DNA from: Azolla caroliniana
Taxonomy: Eukaryota > Plantae > Polypodiophyta
DNA length: 64,000 nt
Direction of reading: 5' to 3'
Assembly: GCA_043228905.1 (NCBI GenBank)
Contig: JBHGNT010000014.1
Coordinates: 11,284,001-11,348,000 of the forward strand
Below the pieces are notes generated by a model, which was given only the letters and a program-made list of their open reading frames with translations, did not search any database and was not told the origin of the DNA. The position numbers were made by a program, and so were the translations under genes. Positions 50,256-58,835 of this stretch are shown here, piece by piece; the stretch's first letter is position 1, and each line of letters starts with the position of its first letter.

Positions 50256-50939
50256 TAACAACATCAATAATAATAAGAGAGTATGAAAGCCATTAGAAGA
50301 TGGGGCAAACATCATCCCTCATATACAGCTCAAACTTTATCTAGTGAGAAAGGGTGTCTATTTTTTGGGATCATGGTTAGAGTGAGATTTGAAATCTTCA
50401 CCTACGAGAAAGTTGGCCCAGTAATCTTGCTAACTAACAAAGGTATGGATGGTAGAGTACATGAGGTTTGTAATCTATGACCACCCAGGGGTGATTTTGA
50501 ACCCTCAAAAAGTAAGCATGCCATCCCTCAAATGTGGAGATGATAGAGATCAACAACTTATCATATGGTGAGCAAAAAATTGGGAGTAGAGTGTGATAAT
50601 ATGTAGGATACCACAATCATCCAACTAGGGTAGGATGGTGACAAGGGCAAAATTGAGCCATCTACTTGAACTAAACGGGCTTGCTTGGAGTTAGTTGGAT
50701 GGAGGATAGTACCATGCCAATATGAAGGCATGTTTGAGAAACTTGAAGGTCAATTGAACTTTGCCATCCCAACAAAAGGATGATTCTTGTAAAGGCGGTT
50801 AATGGGACATCGTGATTGTTGGTAACTCCTAAAGAAATATGTATTTGTAAGGTCTAAACCTTGTACCAATCTAGATCAATAAAACACTAAAATGCATTAT
50901 AACTATAATCATATAAAAATAAAACATGAAATTATTCTA

Positions 50940-51068
50940 TTATAAAATGCAACATTAGACCCATTTGTTGGTTGTTGAACCCATCCTTGATGAAAAAGGT
51001 TGCAAAGCACAAAATAATGCCTTATGCTATCCTCTCCAAAGAAGAGACGTTGCCTCTAACATAAAATG
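50940..51068. repeat. 129-bp direct duplication flanking C5 (other copy 60781-60909)
   Basis: TTATAAAATGCAAC...CATAAAATG on both sides, with 2 substitutions seen. Confidence 0.93.
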
Positions 51069-52395
51069 AGTTTGGCAGCTTCGATGTACCAATCAGAGCT
51101 AAGAAAGCCCTCATCTCTGCAAATGAAAAGCTCCATCGCTCCACCCGTGAAAAGAATCCAGTCAGTCGATTCGGCTACAACGACTACATGGCATATCACT
51201 ATGCCTTTATGATGAAGGTGGCAACAGTACGCGAGCCGGAAACATTTTCCGAAGCAGCCAAGGATCCGCGATGGATCAAAGCCATGAACGAGGAGATGCA
51301 GGCACTACGCAAGAACGAGACATGGGATCTCGTTCCCATCTCACCACACAAAAAGGCGATCGGATGCAGATGGATTTACAAAGTAAGTACAACACCAACA
51401 GTTCCGTCAACCGCTACAAAGCGCGACTCGTAGCAAAAGGCTACGCCCAAACGCACAGAGTTGACTACGAGGAGACCTTTGCCCTGGTGGCAAAGATGAC
51501 GACGGTACGGACCGTAATTGCGCTTGCCACGGCGAAAAGGTGGCACCTCCATCAAATGGACGTCAAGAACGCCTTTCTACAGGGCGAATTAGAAGAGGAG
51601 GTGTACATGATACAACCACCCAGCTTCACCTCGAGCACCCATCCGAAAGCTGTATGCCGACTCAAGAAGCCACTCTACGGCCTCAAGCAAGCACCGCGTG
51701 CTTGGCATTTGAAGATAACGCAATATCTTCATCAAATCAGCTTCCGTATGTCAAAATCGGACAACTCCCTCTACATATGAAGTGATTCCTCAAGTTCGAT
51801 CGTCATCATCTTATATGTGGATGACCTAGTCATTGCAGGTGAGCATCTCATCGAAATCAATAAGGTCAAATCCCTCCTTTCCGACAAGTTCGAGATGACA
51901 GACATGAAGGAGCTCCACTACTTCCTCGACATCGAGGTAATTCGGACTCCGGCCGGAATCATAATCTCTCAACGGCACGACATCCTAAACTTGTTATACA
52001 AGTTCGGTATGGCTGAGTGCAAATCCGCGGCAACCCCGCTCGATCGCAATCTCAAACTAGATGCGAGCTCCAGCACCAAAGCGTGTGAGCCGACTCAGTA
52101 TTGGCAACTCATCGGGAGTCTCATCTACCTCATGATCACTCGACCCGATCTCAGTTATCCGGTCGGTCTCCTTAGTCAATTCATGCAAACACCGCGTGAT
52201 ACTCACTTGAATTGCACTAAGCGAGTTCTACGATACGTGAGTGGCACAATGGATTGCGGCATCCTCTACAAGACCGCGATGCCAATACGACTCGAGGGGT
52301 ACACAGACGTTGTCGTAGTGTAGGTTGCACACTATGTGGAAATTATATTTTTGTCCCTCCGGATAGAGAATGGAGTGCTCGGTGAGAACCGGAAG

Positions 52396-52487
52396 AAAAC
52401 GGCATACCGGCAAGGAGGAAAAACGGCATACCGGCAAGGAGGAAAACGGCATACCGGCAAGGAGGAAAAACGGCATACCGGCAAGGA
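52396..52487. repeat. Four ~23-24-bp tandem units AAAACGGCATACCGGCAAGGAGG in the G4 LTR (also 58908-58999)
   Basis: Read directly from the sequence. Confidence 0.92.
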
Positions 52488-52537
52488 AGAGCCGGATAAA
52501 GAGACATAAATGTAAAAAGAAAGGAAATACTCACTAC

Positions 52538-52609
52538 TGCGCAGGGCGTGATTCGAACTCTGCACCTCCACGTTGACAAACCCCAACCTTACCATTACAT
52601 TAAATTATC
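52538..52609 (-). promoter_or_regulatory. tRNA-like Pol III cassette in the G4 LTR (copy at 59050-59121)
   Basis: A-box-like TAATGTAATGG 52592-52602; B box AGTTCGAATCA 52549-52559; TTTTT at 52514-52518; same A-B spacing as in the solo LTR. Confidence 0.6.
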
Positions 52610-53159
52610 TTAAGTGTTTTAAATATAGATTTAATATGTATAAGACCTTTATTTATGCATACCTTTATTAAAAGGTAAATCGTGTATTTCTTTAATATAT
52701 GAAAAAGAAAAAGCACGAGACACTAAAAAAAAAATAACTCATGCACATCTAGCGTGCGTGAGCCCTATACTTAGGAAATAATAATAATAAAAAAAAAAGC
52801 ATCACATGCACATTTAGGGTGCATGAACATATGAGAAAAAGCATGTAGCTATGCTTAGTCTCTCCCATCACTATATAAGGATGGGGAGCACATTGTAGTG
52901 GTTGTTGATTATTTGGATTAAGAATTAATCAATACAAAAATTATTCGTGGGATTCACGATTTATACATCTACTTCTCTCTTAACACCCTAAGTACCAATT
53001 AATATAGTATACTCGTGTGATTCACGAGTTTCTTATCTTTCTCTTCGCTATTTATTCATAATTAATCTCTATCTCACGAACTTCTTTCTCCTAGTCCAAG
53101 ACCTCTGTGGTTCCCACCCGACTCACGCAACGATCCGGAGCCGAAAGGCACGACACAAT

Positions 53160-53177
53160 TGGTGAACCCGACGTGAA
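53160..53177 (+). promoter_or_regulatory. PBS of G4, complementary to the tRNA-Trp 3' end
   Basis: TGGTGAACCCGACGTGAA is the reverse complement of TTCACGTCGGGTTCACCA (plant tRNA-Trp 3' end, from memory). Confidence 0.8.
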
Positions 53178-53193
53178 GACGGGTGGCAAGGAG

Positions 53194-55233
53194 ATGGAGG
53201 CTCAACAAGCTAACAATATGATGGCGATGTTCGAACGGATGCTTCAAGAACAACGCACGATGTCGGAGATTTCGGCATCAGTAGAGCGGCTCGTGCAACG
53301 CAACGGGCAATTTAATGGTAAGGATGTGTCGCGATATTTGCAGGACTACAAGGCGGAGATGCTCCGGTGCCGGGCTTCGGAAGGACTGCAAGTGACATCC
53401 TTTAACCGGGTGGCGACCGACGGGCTTCAAGGGAGTATCCACGGGTTGCAACAACAAAATCCGACGTGGGAAGCATTCGAAGAGGCGTTAAAGACCACGT
53501 TTGCCATCGAGGACTCCTCCAAGGCAACGCGGAGGGGATTCGAGGATTGGGTGGAAACGTCAGGTAAGGGGCTGAAGGTCCTCGAAGTGTTTTCGACATT
53601 CGAAAGTCGGTTCGGGAGGTTGTCCGCGAGAGATCAAACTATTCTTGCACCGGACAAAGTCATCATGTTTTTGCGAGCTGTGGACGTCCGGGACCGGAAA
53701 GATCTCGGAGTGCTTCTTGAGGACACGACCACGGAAAGCGGCCTCACCGAAACATGGGAAAGCGTGCGGGATATCGTCGCGCGGTACACGAAGAGGGGGC
53801 AATGGCTTGCCAACGAAGAAAAGAGGGTTTCGGAACCGATTCCGAAACCGAGAACGGGATTGGAAGACCATCAACCGAGGGCTCGGGAGATTACGGCCGA
53901 GAAGGGAGTCGACGCGTCTACGGTGGAGCAGCTGCTGAAGGAGATGGAGAATCTAAAGATCGCGATGGTGAAGAAGTCGGATGACCGCCCCACAAGCTCC
54001 AAATATACGGATCGACGGTGCATATGGTGCGATAGCGCCGAACACGATCGGAGGGATTGCGACGACCATAAGGAGGCGCTACGACGGGATCTCATCTACT
54101 ACGAGGGAAACCGGATTCATTCGATGGACTCTCGGAAGCCACTCCGACCGAACTTCCGGAAAGGCGGCATGAAGAAGGTGCTCGAGGAGGAGTTAGCGGC
54201 AAGAAGCAACTATGCGACAACCGCGGGAATATGTGTCGGGGAGTCAACGGAAGCGAAGGCGTCTTTCTGGCCGGAGGTGCTAGGAAACACCGAGAAAACC
54301 GACTCCAACGATATCCGAAACACCGCGGAAGGCGTCCGGGAAGCTACGGGATGGGAGTGCCCTGTTGACAAGAATAGCATATACGCCCTGTGTCAATTAC
54401 ATGAGGTGTATGTGGACGAGAAACGACGGCGCACGGAGGATGCGGCCGGGCCATCGAAGATACCGGAAAGCTGGAACTCCGGAGGTAAGGGAAAAGAAAA
54501 GGCGACTCCGGCATTCAAGCTCGCCTCGGACATAGAACAACAAACCGACTTGAAAAGAGTGTTCGAGGAAAGAATCTTGGATAGCCGGGTAGATTTTTCG
54601 CTGCGGGAACTACTCGGAATAGCGAAGAAGGAGTTTCACGATCTTCTCGTGGATCTCGTAAAAAGGAAGAGACAAAGTACGGAGGAAAATGCTCCAAGGG
54701 TGAATGCAAATACCGTTTCAATGAACGACACCGAAGTGGAAGGCGAAATTCCGAACTCCCACTATACAAAGCCACACTGGGCACGTGCGACTACGGAGAC
54801 TCCGGTCCGAATCGGCAACATCAAAGAACCCGTGCTAGCATTGATTGATCACGGATCGGAGATCAACTTGATGTCCAAGGAGTTCTACCGAAAGGGGAAG
54901 TGGCCTATAAACACCAACCATGGATGGAAGATTCGGGCAGCCACGAAAACGACAGAAGACCTATTTGCGGCTTGTCCGGATGTGACGGTAAAGATCGGGG
55001 ATGTCGAAATTGACCAAAATTTCTTTGTGCAGGATGAGGTTTCACATTCTGTCATCCTCGGCCAACCCTTTATCACGGCTTCACGGATGGAGACGAAGGT
55101 GCTCGATAGTGGTGCGGCTTTTGCGCGAATTCGGAGCCAAAACGGAGGGAAATCCGTCCAATTCCTAACGGTGCCGGCAAATCACGAAAGGAACAAGAGG
55201 GAACTCTTGTCCCAAGTGAGAATGGATTTTTAA
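53194..55233 (+). CDS. G4 Gag-protease
   Basis: ATG at 53194; knuckle CIWCDSAEHDRRDC; DUF4100-like FKLASDIEQ...SLRELLG; protease LIDHGSEIN. Confidence 0.9.
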   Translation: MEAQQANNMMAMFERMLQEQRTMSEISASVERLVQRNGQFNGKDVSRYLQDYKAEMLRCRASEGLQVTSFNRVATDGLQGSIHGLQQQNPTWEAFEEALKTTFAIEDSSKATRRGFEDWVETSGKGLKVLEVFSTFESRFGRLSARDQTILAPDKVIMFLRAVDVRDRKDLGVLLEDTTTESGLTETWESVRDIVARYTKRGQWLANEEKRVSEPIPKPRTGLEDHQPRAREITAEKGVDASTVEQLLKEMENLKIAMVKKSDDRPTSSKYTDRRCIWCDSAEHDRRDCDDHKEALRRDLIYYEGNRIHSMDSRKPLRPNFRKGGMKKVLEEELAARSNYATTAGICVGESTEAKASFWPEVLGNTEKTDSNDIRNTAEGVREATGWECPVDKNSIYALCQLHEVYVDEKRRRTEDAAGPSKIPESWNSGGKGKEKATPAFKLASDIEQQTDLKRVFEERILDSRVDFSLRELLGIAKKEFHDLLVDLVKRKRQSTEENAPRVNANTVSMNDTEVEGEIPNSHYTKPHWARATTETPVRIGNIKEPVLALIDHGSEINLMSKEFYRKGKWPINTNHGWKIRAATKTTEDLFAACPDVTVKIGDVEIDQNFFVQDEVSHSVILGQPFITASRMETKVLDSGAAFARIRSQNGGKSVQFLTVPANHERNKRELLSQVRMDF

Positions 55234-55287
55234 AGCGGACTGTTGCGGAGTGGGGGAGTGATAGTCCGAGAAGCCCTGATACCCCAC
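55224..55287 (+). promoter_or_regulatory. Predicted -1 ribosomal frameshift signal
   Basis: G GAT TTT heptamer immediately before TAA; 5-nt spacer; stem 55236-55246/55258-55268; loop GTGGGG can pair with CCCCAC 55282-55287. Confidence 0.75.
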
Positions 55288-58200
55288 ACAGGAAGAAAAC
55301 TCTCGGAGCAAAACAAGTACGAATCGGGCCGGATGGGGCATCTACGTACACGGCCGTAACCGGAGGAATGAAGAAACAATACCGACAAGTGGAGGATAAG
55401 TTACGGTCGGCATCAATAATAAAAGAAGACGAAGAAATCGTGGGAGTGATCGAGGAAGTGTTCTATGGGAATACACTACAACGGCTTGAAGAGCTTGCGG
55501 AAGATAAAAGCCAAGGGAACCGGGTAGTCCCGGTGGAATCGGTCGAGATGTACGAGATCATTGCGAAAATGGGGCCGGATGCGCTCCGCAAAGAAGAAGC
55601 AATGGTAAGTACGAAATACAAGACCGTGGAGAAGAAGGTGAAACCGGCCGCGGGACCACTACCCGCCGATAGCGAACAAAAGAAGAAAGAAGTCTCGGGA
55701 GATCCGACACTTCGGAAGTCCGTGGATATCGGACATGCCTTCACAGATGAGACCCGGAAGAAACTTTGGATCGGTGGAGGTGGGTTCCTCTTACAAGAAG
55801 AAGAAAAACGGTTTCGAGAGATGTTGGAGCAACACGGCAAAGCATTCGCGTTCGCATCGAGGGAGATCGGATGCATTGATCCAAAGATAGTGGAGCCGAT
55901 GGTGATTTTCACGATTGATCATGTACCGTGGAACCTGAAGCCGATTCCGGTGCCACGGGCGCATATTCCGAAAGTCATCGACTTGCTCAAGGAGAAGGTG
56001 GCGATGGGGATTCTAGAGCCATCAAGTGCTCCGTACTCAAATCGATGGTTTACGGTTCCGAAGAAGAATGGGTCACTCCGATTCATCCAAGACTTGCAAC
56101 CGGTGAACAAGGTCACGATCCGGAACTCGGGAGTCGGTCCGATAGTGGACGAATTCGCGGAAGCTTTTGCCGGACGTGCGATATACTCCATCGGGGACCT
56201 ATACTCGGGGTATGACCAATTCCAACTAGCCGTGGAGAGCCGAGACATCACTACCATGCGGACACCGATAGGACTAGTTCGAATGTGCACACTACCACAA
56301 GGAGCGACAAACTCGGTTGCACATATGATGAACGCGATGAACAAGGTGCTTCGAGATTGCATCCCGGAGATAACGATGCCGTTTCTAGATGACATTCCGA
56401 TGAAAGGATGCGCGGTGGAAGAAAAAGATGAGACTATGGATGATCGGGGATGCCGAAAGTTCGTGGTCGACCATATTCATGATTGCGAGAAAGTGTTGCG
56501 AAAGCTAGAAGATGTGCACCTAACACTTTCCGGGGAGAAATCGGCATTCGGGCAAGAAGAAATATTGGTGGTCGGACATCTATGTGGACCCTACGGCCGA
56601 AGACCGTCACCAACAAAGATCGATGCGATTCAAGCTATGAAGGAAGTATGTGAGTCAACGTCGGAAGTCCGAAGGTTTCTAGGTGCGTGTGCATTCTATC
56701 ACATATGGATTCCGCACTATGCACATATAGCGGACCCGCTCTATCACTTGTTGCGGAAAGGTAAGAAATTCGAGTGGAAACCGGAACACACTAAAGCCAT
56801 GAGGAAGCTCAAGAAGACACTATGGAGGGCGGAATCACTTAAGAAGCCAAGCTACGAGCGGCCAATCATAGTAACGGTTGATACAAGTCCAACCGGTATC
56901 GGGTGGGTCATCAATCAAGCCGACTCGGATGGTTCGCGGTATCCGATCCGATTTGGAGCAAAGGTCCTCAACGAAAGGCAACGCGGATATGCACAAGTCA
57001 AAAGAGAATTGTGGGGAGTCGTGTCGGCGATAAAATCGGATCGGGATTATTTGATCGGAGCTGAAGTGGTGATCGAGACGGATTGTCTTCCGATACTCGG
57101 GATGATGCGGTGTTGTACGATACCGGATGTGGCTATGCTAAGGTGGATTGCATATGTCAAGTCACTTAATCCGGAGGTTCGACACATCTCGGGGAAGGAC
57201 AACGCGGTAGCGGACATGTTATCGAGGGCGCGGTTTGAAGACGACATAACCGAATCAGATAATGAAGAAGTTTCCGAAGACTACTTCACGTCGGAACACA
57301 TATGCCGAGTGAACGTGATCCGAGAATTCCGGGAAGAAGAATACGAGGGGGAAACCTTGATGATCGGGAAGATGCTACAAGAGGTCGAGGATTCAACCAA
57401 TGATAAAGAAAGGAGAGCCGAGATCCGAAGGAAGAAGAGGCAAGTCCAAAAGTTCTTCTTGGAAAACGGTTTAATATGGAGGACGCCGAAAAGACCGGAT
57501 GGGATACCACTTCGAGTAGTCGGGATGAAAGAACAACGAAACCGGATAATGTCTGAGTTCCACGAATCCGATTGGGCTGGACATCGAGGAACATGGGCAA
57601 CTTTTGTGAAAATCAAGCAAAGATATTGGTGGAAGAACATGTATAAAGATGTCGCGGAGTTCACAGAAAGCTGCGAGAAATGTCAAGTCTACTCCGGGGT
57701 CCGACACCGAGATGAGCTGCATCCGACATTCTCACCGACAATCAACTTCAAGTGGATGGTCGACATTGTAGCTATGCCGACCGGGATTGGACGAAAGAAA
57801 TACTTGGTGTTAGCTCGAGAAGATCTCACAAACCAAGTTGAAGGTCGAGCGCTTCGGAGGAAAACGTGTGCCGCGGTGTGCCAATTTCTTTTGGAAGAAG
57901 TGTTTTGTAGGTACGGCTGCGTAGGACAAGTGATTGCGGACCGGGGAGAACTCGACTCGGACAAAGCTAGGGGATTCTTCGCCAAACATGGAGTTCGGTT
58001 AACGTTGACAACGGCCTACAATCCGGAGGCCAACGGGAAGATCGAACGAGGACATAGTCCGATCGTGAAAGCACTTGCGAAGGCATGCGACGGAAGGGTG
58101 AAGGATTGGCCACAAATGCTTCCGTATGCACTATGGGCGGATCGGACGACGCATAGCTCCGTGACCGGTTACATGCCGGCAGAACTCATGACCGGACAAG

Positions 58201-58835
58201 CACCGGTAATGCCAACGGAAACCGCAATCGCGACATGGACAATACTACCGTGGAAGGAGGAGATGAGCCGGGAAGAACTACTAGCGGTCCGGATACGACA
58301 ACTGGAAGGAAGACCGAAAGATGTAGCGGAAGCGTCACGCCGACAGCAAGAAGCACGATTCCGGAACAAAAGCCGGTTCGACACAAAGCACCGACTACGA
58401 CCGAGGAGGATTGAAGAAGGAGATTGGGTGATCGTCTATGATAGTAGCTTGGACCATCAACATACAACGATGAGGAAATTCGCGAAAAGGTGGTTCGGGC
58501 CGTACGAGGTTCGGAAGGTCTTCGACAACGGGACGTACCGACTGTCCGAGTTGGATGGAACAATACTACGAGTGCCTATAGCCGGGAAGCGGGTGAAGAT
58601 TTTCAAGAAGCGGACCGACGACAAACCTTATGTGATCCAAGTCGAGGCCGACAACGAGGAGCAATCGGACGAAGACCACAATGATGCGGGAAGCGAAGAA
58701 AGTGGATTACAACTCATAGTCGACATAAGGGGAGAATCGGAGGAAGCTTCGGATGAAGACGGATACGAAGAATCAAGAACTTCGGCACATACCGGAGGAT
58801 GTGCGGGTTTGGAGGGGGCGAGTGTCGTAGTGTAG
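55227..58835 (+). CDS. G4 Pol (RT-RNase H-integrase) in the -1 frame, open from the slippery site
   Basis: GDLYSGYDQF; LPQGATNS; PFLDD; DTSPTGIGW; HESDWAGH...CEKC; ADRGE; GKIERGH; GPY; no chromodomain. Confidence 0.92.
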   Translation, partial: FLKRTVAEWGSDSPRSPDTPHRKKTLGAKQVRIGPDGASTYTAVTGGMKKQYRQVEDKLRSASIIKEDEEIVGVIEEVFYGNTLQRLEELAEDKSQGNRVVPVESVEMYEIIAKMGPDALRKEEAMVSTKYKTVEKKVKPAAGPLPADSEQKKKEVSGDPTLRKSVDIGHAFTDETRKKLWIGGGGFLLQEEEKRFREMLEQHGKAFAFASREIGCIDPKIVEPMVIFTIDHVPWNLKPIPVPRAHIPKVIDLLKEKVAMGILEPSSAPYSNRWFTVPKKNGSLRFIQDLQPVNKVTIRNSGVGPIVDEFAEAFAGRAIYSIGDLYSGYDQFQLAVESRDITTMRTPIGLVRMCTLPQGATNSVAHMMNAMNKVLRDCIPEITMPFLDDIPMKGCAVEEKDETMDDRGCRKFVVDHIHDCEKVLRKLEDVHLTLSGEKSAFGQEEILVVGHLCGPYGRRPSPTKIDAIQAMKEVCESTSEVRRFLGACAFYHIWIPHYAHIADPLYHLLRKGKKFEWKPEHTKAMRKLKKTLWRAESLKKPSYERPIIVTVDTSPTGIGWVINQADSDGSRYPIRFGAKVLNERQRGYAQVKRELWGVVSAIKSDRDYLIGAEVVIETDCLPILGMMRCCTIPDVAMLRWIAYVKSLNPEVRHISGKDNAVADMLSRARFEDDITESDNEEVSEDYFTSEHICRVNVIREFREEEYEGETLMIGKMLQEVEDSTNDKERRAEIRRKKRQVQKFFLENGLIWRTPKRPDGIPLRVVGMKEQRNRIMSEFHESDWAGHRGTWATFVKIKQRYWWKNMYKDVAEFTESCEKCQVYSGVRHRDELHPTFSPTINFKWMVDIVAMPTGIGRKKYLVLAREDLTNQVEGRALRRKTCAAVCQFLLEEVFCRYGCVGQVIADRGELDSDKARGFFAKHGVRLTLTTAYNPEANGKIERGHSPIVKALAKACDGRVKDWPQMLPYALWADRTTHSSVTGYMPAELMTGQAPVMPTETAIATWTILPWKEEMSREELLAVRIRQLEGRPKDVAEASRRQQEARFRNKSRFDTKHRLRPRRIEEGDWVIVYDSSLDHQHTTMRKFAKRWFGPYEVRKVFDNGTYRLSELDGTILRVPIAGKRVKIFKKRTDDKPYVIQVEADNEEQSDEDHNDAGSEESGLQLIVDIRGESEEASDEDGYEESRTSAHTGGCAGLEGASVVV

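Noticed and set aside
49000-50939. Possible old DNA-transposon remnants
   Set aside because: Only short ORFs, with no identifiable termini or catalytic motifs.
52396-52487. Short direct repeats resembling a CRISPR array
   Set aside because: Head-to-tail units with no spacers, inside a eukaryotic LTR, and no cas genes.
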